A DNA stretch of 64,000 nucleotides from a virus (lineage: Duplodnaviria; Caudoviricetes): IMG/VR virus record IMGVR_UViG_3300028805_000048; one strand, written 5' to 3'. The stretch's first letter is position 1. Every line of letters begins with the position of its first letter. The notes beneath the pieces were generated by a model. It saw only the letters and a list, made by a program, of their open reading frames with translations. It ran no database searches and had not been told where the DNA came from. Positions 36,477 through 46,069 of this stretch are shown here, piece after piece. The position numbers and the translations under genes were made by a program.

Positions 36477-36908
36477 ATGAAAGGTTATAATATGGCTTAT
36501 CGTTACGTTAAATTTAAAAAATGTTCTGGATATGATGGTATGTTGTGGGATATAGATTATATTGGATATTCTTCAAAATTAACATATGAAACAAAAGTAA
36601 CTGGAATTAAAACTGGAGAAGATTATTCTACGTATATTTTAAACATTGATAAAGGTTATATGGATATCTTAGATAAAAATGGTAGAATAATTTATGATAA
36701 CGACATAATAAAAACTGAAAAGAATGAACTTTTTATAGTTAAGAGAAAAAGAAATAGAAAAACACCAATTTTTATAAATATAAACGATTCGAAAATAAAA
36801 CATAGTATATTATATTTTGAAAATGTATCTTGGGAATTAGTGAGTAATGCTTATGTTTGTTTAGATACAATGTTTGATAAATCTTTAATTAAACAAACAC
36901 AAAATTAA
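36477..36908 (+). CDS. YopX-like protein
   Basis: LDKNGRIIYDNDII resembles YopX DKNGxEIYEGDI. Confidence 0.5.
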   Translation: MKGYNMAYRYVKFKKCSGYDGMLWDIDYIGYSSKLTYETKVTGIKTGEDYSTYILNIDKGYMDILDKNGRIIYDNDIIKTEKNELFIVKRKRNRKTPIFININDSKIKHSILYFENVSWELVSNAYVCLDTMFDKSLIKQTQN

Positions 36909-36930
36909 CTATAAATTAGAAATAATAAAT

Positions 36931-36963
36931 GGCTTTACAAAACACATTATTTTTGTCTATAAT
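36931..36963 (+). promoter_or_regulatory. Sigma70-like early promoter
   Basis: GGC-TTTACA-N18-TATAAT. Confidence 0.65.
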
Positions 36964-36999
36964 GTGTTTACAATAGTGAAAAATTGAAAGGAACTAATT

Positions 37000-37608
37000 A
37001 TGAAAAATTTTCCATCTGAATATTTATTTGTAGATGAAAACGCTAATACTTTTTATAAACGTTATGAAGAGAAAAAAGAAGCTTGTAATATAAATCCATA
37101 TACATTAGCATCTACACCAGTTGTTTTTTCAAACAAAGCAACTGTAAGAACATTGTTTGAATTAGTAAATAAAAATGAATATCTTAAACCTTTTTTATTT
37201 CATTTCAACGATTTTTTTAACGAATTAGATAATAAGAAAGAGCAAAATATTAATGGTTCGATTAGATTTAGTTGGTCTGAAATTGATTTAAGTGAGAATT
37301 ACTTCAATGTGAGTTTTCCAAAAATGGAAGTAGATGGTATCGATGAAAACAATGATATTTTTGGAATAGACTTTTTACCATGTAATGAAATCGCTGATTT
37401 ACCATTATTGTTTGATAATAATGTGATTGTTTTAGATCAAGATGGAAAAGAAATTAAGAAAATATATACACATCCTACTTTATTTCAAGTACTCTATGGT
37501 TTATTTTGGGAATTGAGTTTTTACGGAGATCCGCATACTAGAGATGAAAAAGGTAAAGAGTTACTCAATGAATTATATAAAAATAAGGAGAATAAATCCA
37601 ATGCGTGA
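37000..37608 (+). CDS. Hypothetical phage protein
   Basis: 202 aa ORF, TLFQVLYGLFWELSFYGDP..RD. Confidence 0.75.
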   Translation: MKNFPSEYLFVDENANTFYKRYEEKKEACNINPYTLASTPVVFSNKATVRTLFELVNKNEYLKPFLFHFNDFFNELDNKKEQNINGSIRFSWSEIDLSENYFNVSFPKMEVDGIDENNDIFGIDFLPCNEIADLPLLFDNNVIVLDQDGKEIKKIYTHPTLFQVLYGLFWELSFYGDPHTRDEKGKELLNELYKNKENKSNA

Positions 37609-37798
37609 AATAAAAAAATTTAAAACAGTTGGTGAATTAAAAGCTGTTTTAGAAAAATACGATTCTGATACTTCTTTACGAATTTTAAATGGTTTTAATT
37701 TATATGCTATAAGTATTATCGTTCCACAAAATAAAAATATGATTATTTTAACTCCGAACAAGAAATCTACAAGATGTGTGAAAGTAAGAAAATCTTAA
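37601..37798 (+). CDS. Hypothetical protein
   Basis: KTVGELKAVLEKYD; AAGGAG RBS. Confidence 0.6.
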   Translation: MREIKKFKTVGELKAVLEKYDSDTSLRILNGFNLYAISIIVPQNKNMIILTPNKKSTRCVKVRKS

Positions 37799-37974
37799 AA
37801 ATTAAATATATAATTAACAACACAGAATTTGTAAAAGAAATTGAAGTTCCTAATATCGATCAAGCTTCTGATGTTGAAACACAGATTATTCTTTTAGTAG
37901 ATAAATTTGTGTCAGATTATAATGAAGCCGCTGGTTTTAATATAATCAAATCGATAAATTGGGAATTAGTATAA
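37774..37974 (+). CDS. Hypothetical protein
   Basis: 66 aa ORF in operon. Confidence 0.55.
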   Translation: MCESKKILKIKYIINNTEFVKEIEVPNIDQASDVETQIILLVDKFVSDYNEAAGFNIIKSINWELV

Positions 37975-38337
37975 ATGAATGATAAAATAATTATTCATCT
38001 CGAAGATGAGATAGGTCCAAAAATGTTTTTTAGACATTTCTTTACAAAAAGAGGTTATACAGTATTAGATTTTTCAGATGCAAGTGAAGCAAATGATGCT
38101 AATCAATATCAAAATGCTAAAGTTATAATATCTGATTTTGATATGCCTGGTGAAAATGCTTTATCTATGTTAAGATTTTTACAAGACAACAATATTTCTA
38201 CTCCAGTAATAATGCATTCTGGAAATAAGTCTAATTATGATTTGATTAAATCTAAAGGTTTAGATAAAAATGTTATAATGTGGGCTGATAAAGATGAATC
38301 TTTAAAAAATATTTTAGAAAAAATAGAAAGTTTATAA
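37975..38337 (+). CDS. Stand-alone response-regulator receiver (CheY-like) domain
   Basis: LEDE, IISDFDMPG (phosphoacceptor Asp), VIMHSG, ADK. Confidence 0.8.
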   Translation: MNDKIIIHLEDEIGPKMFFRHFFTKRGYTVLDFSDASEANDANQYQNAKVIISDFDMPGENALSMLRFLQDNNISTPVIMHSGNKSNYDLIKSKGLDKNVIMWADKDESLKNILEKIESL

Positions 38338-38428
38338 AAATGGTTTTACTTTTTATTTTTGATAGTATATAAAAGTTTTTGTTAAAAGCAAACATTTTTT
38401 AAACATAATTTAGAAAGGAAACTTAATC

Positions 38429-39040
38429 ATGGCTCGTGCTAGAATTTTAGTTAGTGTTGATGGCGGTAAATTACGTAATGTTATGGATACTGCTGAAAAA
38501 TATAATGTGAAAGCTAATAGTTTATATATGGCTTTACACAATAATCAGAAATATTTTTTTGATTATCGAATTAACAAAATAGATAAATATACATACGATT
38601 TGATCACAAGTAAAGCTTCTTCAAAAGAAAGGAATTTATCTAAAAGAGCAGTCGGTGTCAAATGTGTAGATACAAATACTATTTATCCAAGCATTAGTGC
38701 TGCTGCTAAAGCTTGTGGTGAACACATGTGGACAATGTCTGTCAAAATGGAAGAAACAGGTAAATTTATCGATAAAGAAGGTAAAGAATATATTCGTTTA
38801 ACTCCAATGAATAAATTGACTGATCGTACATATGGTATTAAAGCATCTGCTATAACAAGAGATATTAAACCGTATAAAAAATCTACACAAAGTGTTGAAA
38901 ACGTTGAAACTCATGTTATTTCAGCAAAAGATAATATTATTCAATCTTTAATTAAATCAACAAATTTATTAATGGATAATAAAAATTATTCACAAGCTGC
39001 TCAAGTTTTAGCAATTTTAAATGAAATTGATAAGCAGTAA
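38429..39040 (+). CDS. NUMOD1-type DNA-binding protein
   Basis: VKCVDTNTIYPSISAAAKACG. Confidence 0.55.
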   Translation: MARARILVSVDGGKLRNVMDTAEKYNVKANSLYMALHNNQKYFFDYRINKIDKYTYDLITSKASSKERNLSKRAVGVKCVDTNTIYPSISAAAKACGEHMWTMSVKMEETGKFIDKEGKEYIRLTPMNKLTDRTYGIKASAITRDIKPYKKSTQSVENVETHVISAKDNIIQSLIKSTNLLMDNKNYSQAAQVLAILNEIDKQ

Positions 39041-39060
39041 ATAAAGTTTATTGTTGAACG

Positions 39061-39093
39061 AAAAGGCTATACATACAAAGTATAGCCTTTTTT
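39061..39093 (+). terminator. Intrinsic terminator
   Basis: aaaaggctatac...gtatagcctttttt. Confidence 0.75.
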
Positions 39094-39095
39094 AT

Positions 39096-39127
39096 GGCTT
39101 TACTTCATATAAAGTTTATAATATAAT
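39096..39127 (+). promoter_or_regulatory. Sigma70-like early promoter
   Basis: GGC-TTTACT-N17-TATAAT. Confidence 0.75.
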
Positions 39128-39151
39128 TATATTATAAATGAAAGGCTTAAC

Positions 39152-39718
39152 ATGGAATTTCCAAAAATTTTATATATTAGAAATCAATATGATCACTTCG
39201 CAAGTAAAACAATTGGCGTTTGTAAAAAAGCTAGAGTTAAAATAGAATTTGTAAAAACGATAAAAACACTAGACGATTTAAATGAAATAGAGACCTTAGC
39301 CAAAATGTCAGGACAAAAAATAGAAAAAGAAGGTAATACTTTTAGTACTCATAAAATAGGTCAATATGTTATATTACATTCTGTAGAAAAATCTACAATG
39401 CTTTATTTGACAGAATTAAATTCAGCCAGATTTCATTGGTGGGAATCATATCATGATTATGATTGTGAATATGCATTATATGTAGTAACTGAAAAAGATA
39501 TACCTAATCCAAAAAGAAAGGATATAGATATGAAAATAGCAAATACAAAAAACATAAAAAATGATGTAATTAAAAATAGTAAATATATTAGTTATTTAAC
39601 AAAAGACTATGTTTATTTAAAGAAAAGTCAATTGATGAAATTGATAGAGAATGAATTAAAAAAGCAAGGTTTTGAGTTAAATAATAAAATTAATATTTAT
39701 ATAGAAAACAACGAATAG
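39152..39718 (+). CDS. Hypothetical protein with internal family motif
   Basis: NEIETLAKMSG. Confidence 0.7.
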   Translation: MEFPKILYIRNQYDHFASKTIGVCKKARVKIEFVKTIKTLDDLNEIETLAKMSGQKIEKEGNTFSTHKIGQYVILHSVEKSTMLYLTELNSARFHWWESYHDYDCEYALYVVTEKDIPNPKRKDIDMKIANTKNIKNDVIKNSKYISYLTKDYVYLKKSQLMKLIENELKKQGFELNNKINIYIENNE

Positions 39719-39726
39719 GAAAAGAA

Positions 39727-39957
39727 ATGAAATTAAAAAAAGTAAATTTTGATGAAAGAGGAGCTGCACCTTGTAAATTTTGTAGCAAAAAGAATTTACA
39801 AGTTTATCCAGTTATTAAAGAAATCGATGAAATGTTTTATGCTCAATGTCCAAAGTGTAATAAACATAATCCTTATGAATTTTTAGGAATAACTGAGAAA
39901 AGAGCGATAGATCGTTGGAACAATTGTCAATGCTCTAGAGGTGACGATTTGTATTAA
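39727..39957 (+). CDS. Lar-like zinc-ribbon protein
   Basis: PCKFC...QCPKC...AIDRWN. Confidence 0.6.
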   Translation: MKLKKVNFDERGAAPCKFCSKKNLQVYPVIKEIDEMFYAQCPKCNKHNPYEFLGITEKRAIDRWNNCQCSRGDDLY

Positions 39958-40293
39958 GTGAAAGGTTTTACAATGTATCGTAAACAGTATATATACTATT
40001 GGAAAAGAGAAGAAGATAATAACAATGGATATATAATTCTATCATCTAACAAACCAGATGAAGTTGCTAAAGCGATGATTATATATGATTGTGATAATAA
40101 TATATATTATTATTCACAAGATAAAGAAGACTTAAATGCTCCAAGTAATCTAAAAAATGAACTTGAAGTAATTGAGATTTATAAAAATAAGTTTATTTAT
40201 CGAGAAAAAATAATAAATGAATTTTTTAATAACGTTAAAAAATATTTAGAAAAGGAAGAAATGTCATGCGAAAAGATATTATATCCATATTAG
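39958..40293 (+). CDS. Hypothetical protein
   Basis: ORF in operon. Confidence 0.65.
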   Translation: MKGFTMYRKQYIYYWKREEDNNNGYIILSSNKPDEVAKAMIIYDCDNNIYYYSQDKEDLNAPSNLKNELEVIEIYKNKFIYREKIINEFFNNVKKYLEKEEMSCEKILYPY

Positions 40294-42224
40294 AAAAATG
40301 TAATGAAACTTATTCTAAAGGCGAAGTATATTTTCTCAAAGATAATGAATATTCCATTATAGAACAAGAATTTAATATCACTTTGCCATATTTAGATGTA
40401 GATGATTCTTTATATGACATTATTTATTTTTGTGCTAAAGAAAAATGGCCAGATGATCCATTTTTTAACAAATTGACTTCAGAAAACGTTGGCTATGGAC
40501 AAGACATTATTCATGAAATACCAATGGGTAGCATGGAAGAATTAAAAGAAGGTGATTTGGAGAAGTGGATTGGAAATCACAAAGATTTTGTATTCTCGGA
40601 TAAATTAGATGGTTGTTCAGTTATCCTCACATATATTGATGGAAAATTGAACATGGCTGCTACTCGTGGTCATGGTACAAAAGGAAAAGATATCATGCGT
40701 CACATTAAACAAGTTCATAACGTACCAAAGAAAATAGATTATAAAGATAAACTAATAGTCCGTGGTGAATTAATTTTTAAAAAGAATATGATCAAATCAA
40801 TACTCGATAATATAGAATTGAAAACTGGTAAAAAGCAGAAAAACGGTCGTAATACAATAGCTGGCGCCTTAAATAGAAAAGAAACAGATAAAGACATCTT
40901 TAATAATTGTAAATTTGTTGCTTATTGGACTTCTAATAACCAAGGAACACTAGATGCATTTAAACAATTAGAATACTTAGGTTTTACAGTACCTTATTAT
41001 CAGGAATGTTCTAATGAAGTTTTGACAGATGAAAACTGTTTAGAAATAGTAAAAACTCGTTTGAAGTTTTCTGATTATGAATTGGATGGTATAATCATTA
41101 CTCAAAATGATTATAGTGATACAGGATTTGTAGGTGGAACAATAAATCCTAAATGCAGTCGTAAATTTAAAATGGGTATTCATGATAATGTTGCTGAATC
41201 TACAGTTACCAATATAAATTGGCAAATTAGTAGATGGGGTATTTTTACTCCAGTATTAGAAATCGAACCAGTTGAAGTAGCTGGAGCTTTGATTACTAAT
41301 ATCACGGCACATAATTATGAAAATGTAATTAAGTCAAGATGCGGTATTGGTGCTAAAATTAAATTTAAACGTGCTGGTTTAGTTATTCCTAAATTAGAAG
41401 AAGTATTGATACCATCTGAAAATTATAATTTACCAAAATGTAAAACTGAAATACAAGGTGTCGATTTAGTATATGTTTGGTCTAATGATACTCCACAATA
41501 TGCTAAAGAAATGGGAATTAGGCGTTTAGAATATTTTGGAAAAGTATTAGATATTGAACAGCTAGGTTATGGTAATTGTGCTAAAATATATGATAGATAT
41601 ATAAAAGATAATAAATTGAATCTTTATGATAATCCATATCGTATTTATGAACTTCCAGAAGGTGAAATTACAAAACTGATAGGTGAGAATGGGAAAAAGA
41701 TAGAAGCTAGTCTGAAAGCTAAAAAAAGTACTTTTACAGAAACACAATTTGCTGCGGCTTGTGGTAGTTTTGGTCCAGATATCGGTGAACGCGTTTTACA
41801 ATTAGTTTGGGATAAATACGGTACTTTAGAAAATATGACTGAAGATATGTTAAAAAATATAGACGGTTTTGGACAAGCTCGTATTGAACAATATATTGAA
41901 TATCAACATTTGTGGTATATGACTAAAATCCATATGCAATTTTATGGTTATTGTATAGAATTTGTTGATGCTAAAAAGAAAATAGAATCTGACAAATTTA
42001 AAGACTATATTGTTTGTTTTACTGGCGTTAGAGATAAAGCTTTAGCTCAATATATCACAGACAACGGTGGACAAGCTGGAGATAATTGGACAAAAAATAC
42101 AAATTGTTTAATTGTTAAAGATAAAAACAGTACTTCAACTAAAATGAAAAAGGCTTTACAATTAGGAATCAAAATTTTATCTTTAAATGAAGCTTATGGG
42201 GAGTTTAATTTTGAAAGGAAATAA
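40266..42224 (+). CDS. ligA: NAD-dependent DNA ligase
   Basis: KLDG, ATRG.G..G.DI, VRGE, LDGII, OB fold, HhH, C-terminal BRCT (VCFTG). Confidence 0.92.
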   Translation: MRKDIISILEKCNETYSKGEVYFLKDNEYSIIEQEFNITLPYLDVDDSLYDIIYFCAKEKWPDDPFFNKLTSENVGYGQDIIHEIPMGSMEELKEGDLEKWIGNHKDFVFSDKLDGCSVILTYIDGKLNMAATRGHGTKGKDIMRHIKQVHNVPKKIDYKDKLIVRGELIFKKNMIKSILDNIELKTGKKQKNGRNTIAGALNRKETDKDIFNNCKFVAYWTSNNQGTLDAFKQLEYLGFTVPYYQECSNEVLTDENCLEIVKTRLKFSDYELDGIIITQNDYSDTGFVGGTINPKCSRKFKMGIHDNVAESTVTNINWQISRWGIFTPVLEIEPVEVAGALITNITAHNYENVIKSRCGIGAKIKFKRAGLVIPKLEEVLIPSENYNLPKCKTEIQGVDLVYVWSNDTPQYAKEMGIRRLEYFGKVLDIEQLGYGNCAKIYDRYIKDNKLNLYDNPYRIYELPEGEITKLIGENGKKIEASLKAKKSTFTETQFAAACGSFGPDIGERVLQLVWDKYGTLENMTEDMLKNIDGFGQARIEQYIEYQHLWYMTKIHMQFYGYCIEFVDAKKKIESDKFKDYIVCFTGVRDKALAQYITDNGGQAGDNWTKNTNCLIVKDKNSTSTKMKKALQLGIKILSLNEAYGEFNFERK

Positions 42225-42226
42225 TA

Positions 42227-42565
42227 ATGCATCCAGATAAACTTATTCCAGGTTCAATGTTTAATTTTGATGGTATAAATTATACTGTTGGAAATGAAAA
42301 TGAGTTGCTCAAATTGATAGAGTTAGATACTTCTAGTTTATATCCATCGATTTTTTCAACTTCGAATGAAGAAAGTAGACTTCCTTTTGATAACGCTTGT
42401 TTATATCGCAATATATTTTTAAATCTTTGTGACGAAAATGAAGATAAAAAAGCAGATTATGAAACATTATTGATATTGAATGATAATGATTACCGACGCA
42501 CAGTTTTGCAAATCGAATACGAAAGAGGATCAGCGATCAATACAAACAATGTTTCAGATTTATAG
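42227..42565 (+). CDS. Hypothetical protein, paralog of 42817
   Basis: KADYETLLILNDNDY. Confidence 0.65.
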   Translation: MHPDKLIPGSMFNFDGINYTVGNENELLKLIELDTSSLYPSIFSTSNEESRLPFDNACLYRNIFLNLCDENEDKKADYETLLILNDNDYRRTVLQIEYERGSAINTNNVSDL

Positions 42566-42577
42566 GAATTTATCATA

Positions 42578-42817
42578 ATGAATAATGTGTTTAAACAATG
42601 TACTAAATTAACTACTCTCGATTGGATAAACATGAAAAAAAATATATCAATTGAAGCTTGTTATCGTGTATTATTTGATAAACTTTGTGAAAGATTTCCA
42701 CAATATGTTGATGATTTCGTGACAATTAAAAGACTATATAATGAAACAAATCAATTAGAAAATGAAAACGTAGTAATTCAAATAATAGCTTTTTTGATTA
42801 AGGAAGGAAAACTTTAA
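42578..42817 (+). CDS. Hypothetical protein
   Basis: Ends IIAFLIKEGKL. Confidence 0.65.
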   Translation: MNNVFKQCTKLTTLDWINMKKNISIEACYRVLFDKLCERFPQYVDDFVTIKRLYNETNQLENENVVIQIIAFLIKEGKL

Positions 42818-43191
42818 TGGTAACATCTAATAAAGTGTTTATATCTGCAACATCATCTTCTTCACCTTTAGCACAAACAGTAACGCTTAACAATAATCAA
42901 ACTGTTAATGGTTATAAAACATCTATAAGCACTACTACTTTTACTAATCAACTTTATCTTCAAAATCACGATAAAATGGAAATGATTTTGAGTGAAGGAA
43001 ATATAAACAAAATAGAAGAAAATAATCGTGCTAAAATAATGTATGATTTAATATCTGTTTGCTTAACGAACGAAGAAAAACAAGATATAGAAACAGTTTT
43101 AAAATTGAACAATGATAATTATAAAGCTATTTTACGTTCTGTATTAAAGTTATTATTACAAGATGAAATATCTACCATTGACGGTAAGTAA
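42817..43191 (+). CDS. Hypothetical protein, paralog of 42227
   Basis: KQDIETVLKLNNDNY. Confidence 0.65.
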   Translation: MVTSNKVFISATSSSSPLAQTVTLNNNQTVNGYKTSISTTTFTNQLYLQNHDKMEMILSEGNINKIEENNRAKIMYDLISVCLTNEEKQDIETVLKLNNDNYKAILRSVLKLLLQDEISTIDGK

Positions 43192-44155
43192 TATTTTTAC
43201 TTTCTCCAAGACGGAAAGGCTGTTGAATTGTGAAGTCTGTTACTGCTGTGCCGTCACCTGCAAAGTTTATTAATGGTGTGTACCAAGTTTGTGCTAAAGT
43301 GTTTGCTGTTATAACAGCATTTTGATTTTTTATATAACAACCAACACCGCCTGTTACATCAACATCTTCAATAGTGTTGTATTCCCTATATCTTCCATTA
43401 GATATAATTCCGTTACTAAATAATCTTACATACCAATCTTTAGATGTTCCAGTTCCACCTAGTTCAACTATTTGTAAACTATTTGTAATTGTTTGTCTTG
43501 ATTTCAAATTTCCATTCGTATTGTATCTATCAGAAACAAGTGCTTTAATCCCAGGATATACGAAAGCATGATGCCCGATGAATCCTGCACCATTAAATAT
43601 CATGTCACGCCCATTAGAGTCTTTGGCAAAACTTGCTACACCATCTACGACATCAATTACACATAACGGTGCACAATATCGCCCACCTGCTTCACCTGTA
43701 CCTGAATAATTTATAATCGTTTGTGCACTTGTATCAAATGCAAAACCGCCACTTGCTGTTGCTCCAGAACCACTAACACAACTTAAAATGTTTCTTGCAA
43801 ATAAAGAAGAACCAGCAAAACTCATACAAACTACAAATTTGGCAGTATTTGTCGGCAAATCTAAAGTTAAATCACTCGAATTGCTTACTTCTGAGTATGT
43901 ATTGCCATTCGGGTACCAACAAGAACTTCCAGCCTTCAAGGTCAGCACATTATTTTCTACTATGGCATTAATTTTTTGCGGAATTTCTAAAATACAATTA
44001 GATATAGTGCCATTTTGAGTAGCAAATACATTACTTATGTCTTTAATCTCATAAAGTTGCGTATTATCATAAGTATTTGTATCTATAACATCTTCATATT
44101 TATCATAAGACAATTTATTAATTATTAAGTCTGAAATAGGGGTATCTGTACTCAT
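43172..44155 (-). CDS. Putative tail fibre / receptor-binding protein
   Basis: Gly/Thr/Asn-rich beta composition, NCILEIPQ..LTLKAGS..PNG segment; AGTTCTA at 44194-44200. Confidence 0.55.
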   Translation of the reverse strand: MSTDTPISDLIINKLSYDKYEDVIDTNTYDNTQLYEIKDISNVFATQNGTISNCILEIPQKINAIVENNVLTLKAGSSCWYPNGNTYSEVSNSSDLTLDLPTNTAKFVVCMSFAGSSLFARNILSCVSGSGATASGGFAFDTSAQTIINYSGTGEAGGRYCAPLCVIDVVDGVASFAKDSNGRDMIFNGAGFIGHHAFVYPGIKALVSDRYNTNGNLKSRQTITNSLQIVELGGTGTSKDWYVRLFSNGIISNGRYREYNTIEDVDVTGGVGCYIKNQNAVITANTLAQTWYTPLINFAGDGTAVTDFTIQQPFRLGESKNITYRQW

Positions 44156-44235
44156 TATATATAAACCTGTAAAATTTTAACAATATTTATTTATAGAACT
44201 AATTTGTTGTTATAATCACATTGTTTTCATTCAAT

Positions 44236-44267
44236 GGCTTTACTTTTTGTATGATAATAGCTATATT
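44236..44267 (+). promoter_or_regulatory. Sigma70-like early promoter
   Basis: GGC-TTTACT-N17-TATATT. Confidence 0.65.
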
Positions 44268-44308
44268 TACAATATAATAAATTACATATTAAAAATTTTC
44301 AAAGGAGA

Positions 44309-44767
44309 GTGTTTATGACCATCAAAACTATAAAAGATAAAGCTGCTTTACGTAAAAGTAAGCAAAAAACAATAAAATTAGGAAGAAGAAGTATAAATGA
44401 TATAATAAAAAGTAAAAGTTTATCATTTCCTGAAAAAATCGATTATATTCGTCATCATTACACATACTATGAAGGAAATGCTAATCTATTTGATAACCAA
44501 TATGAATACAGACGTTCTTGGTTAAATAAGTTAATAGAAGGTGTAATAAATAGAAAATACCAACCTTGTGTTTTGAAAAGTTTTAATAGAATCATAATGA
44601 AATGGCGTAAAAATCCAAATTATAAACCAAAACGAAGTGAAATATATATAGAAAAGCGATATGCTGATTTATGTAATTCTATAGATTTTTTTGATTTAAT
44701 TGAGTTGCAAAATTATATATCAAATGATAATAAGGAGAATTTGCAAGAAAATGTTATTGCCTTATAA
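44309..44767 (+). CDS. Basic hypothetical protein
   Basis: YIRHHYTYYE segment; RBS. Confidence 0.7.
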   Translation: MFMTIKTIKDKAALRKSKQKTIKLGRRSINDIIKSKSLSFPEKIDYIRHHYTYYEGNANLFDNQYEYRRSWLNKLIEGVINRKYQPCVLKSFNRIIMKWRKNPNYKPKRSEIYIEKRYADLCNSIDFFDLIELQNYISNDNKENLQENVIAL

Positions 44768-45284
44768 TTCTAATAAATTATATTTTTTCATGACACGTGG
44801 TATTCCTGGTTGTGGTAAAAGTACTTTTGTAAAAGAATATATGTCTAAGATATCAAAAGTTGTAGAATCAGATGTAATACGTGAAGCTATAAATGGAAGA
44901 TGCTTAGAAAACGGTCGTGAATTTATAAATCAAAACAACGGAGCAGCTGTTTGGGTTATTGTTGATAAAGAAATTGAAATGACTTTACAAAACAATCAAT
45001 CAGTTACGCTAGATGCAACAAATATTAATTTTTGGCAGCTTGATAAATATAAAAAGATAGCTGAAAAGTATAAAGCTGAATATATTGTTATAGATTTTTC
45101 AAATGTTTCGTTAGAAGAAGCATTAATGAGAAATTCTTTAAGATTACCGGAATATAAAAGAGTTCCAGATAAAGTAATAGAACGGATGTATAGAGATATC
45201 ATTAAAGAAAATGATAAATTAATCACATTTAAGGCTTTACATAATAAAAATGAAGTTTTAGATTGGTTATCGAATGTAATTTAG
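44751..45284 (+). CDS. Polynucleotide kinase-like P-loop protein (AAA_33)
   Basis: GIPGCGKST, SDVIR, LDATN, RN..R...VP..VI.RM. Confidence 0.8.
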   Translation: MLLPYNSNKLYFFMTRGIPGCGKSTFVKEYMSKISKVVESDVIREAINGRCLENGREFINQNNGAAVWVIVDKEIEMTLQNNQSVTLDATNINFWQLDKYKKIAEKYKAEYIVIDFSNVSLEEALMRNSLRLPEYKRVPDKVIERMYRDIIKENDKLITFKALHNKNEVLDWLSNVI

Positions 45285-45298
45285 GATACTTAATATAA

Positions 45299-45466
45299 AT
45301 GAATACAAGTGAAAGCAATGATCAAGAAGACGTAAAAGATGATGATCTTGTTGAATATTCGGATGCTGAAAAAGAAGAAAAGATAAAACTCATATCTAAG
45401 CGTAAAAAAGAGTATATTTCTTCTAAGTTGTTATTTGAATTAACTTGTAGAGGTGCACACGATTAA
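45299..45466 (+). CDS. 55 aa small protein
   Basis: Not in ORF track; fills the operon gap; ends KLLFELTCRGAHD. Confidence 0.5.
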   Translation: MNTSESNDQEDVKDDDLVEYSDAEKEEKIKLISKRKKEYISSKLLFELTCRGAHD

Positions 45467-45478
45467 GAAAGGAAAAAC

Positions 45479-46069
45479 ATGACCTGTTGTATAGCTTATA
45501 AGATTGAAAATAAAGGTGTAGTATTAGCAGCTGACACGGCTGGAACTGATAATTGTGATAATCAACTTACTAGAGTTGATCCAAAACTTTTTAGTCGTGA
45601 TGACTTCATGTTTGCTGTTGCTGGATCTTTTAGATTACGTGATGTTTTAATGTATGATTTCGATATTCCTAAAAAACCAAAAAATGTATCAATTGATAAA
45701 TATATGAGAACCAAATTTATCAATGCTCTTCGTAACACATGCATTGATAAAGGTTTAATTAAAAAGAATGACGATACAAATGAAGAAGAATTGATTGGTG
45801 AATTTTTAATTTGCTATAAAGATAAGATTTATAAAATAGAAAGTGATCTTCAGGTCGGTGAATCTGTAGATAATTTTTATATTGTTGGTAGTGGTGAACA
45901 ATTAGCAATCGGAGCTTTAGCTATTCTTGAAAAAAGAACACCTCAAGCCTTTAATATTAAAAACATTAAAAATACTTTATTTGATGTATTGTCTACAGTT
46001 TCTAAATATAAATCGTCTGTGAGAGGTCCTTATATAACAATAAATAATCTTGGAGAAGAAAATGAATAA
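45479..46069 (+). CDS. HslV/proteasome-beta-like Ntn hydrolase
   Basis: M-T-C-C-I-A start (N-terminal Thr), AAD, PK, GS..R, VGSG. Confidence 0.7.
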   Translation: MTCCIAYKIENKGVVLAADTAGTDNCDNQLTRVDPKLFSRDDFMFAVAGSFRLRDVLMYDFDIPKKPKNVSIDKYMRTKFINALRNTCIDKGLIKKNDDTNEEELIGEFLICYKDKIYKIESDLQVGESVDNFYIVGSGEQLAIGALAILEKRTPQAFNIKNIKNTLFDVLSTVSKYKSSVRGPYITINNLGEENE

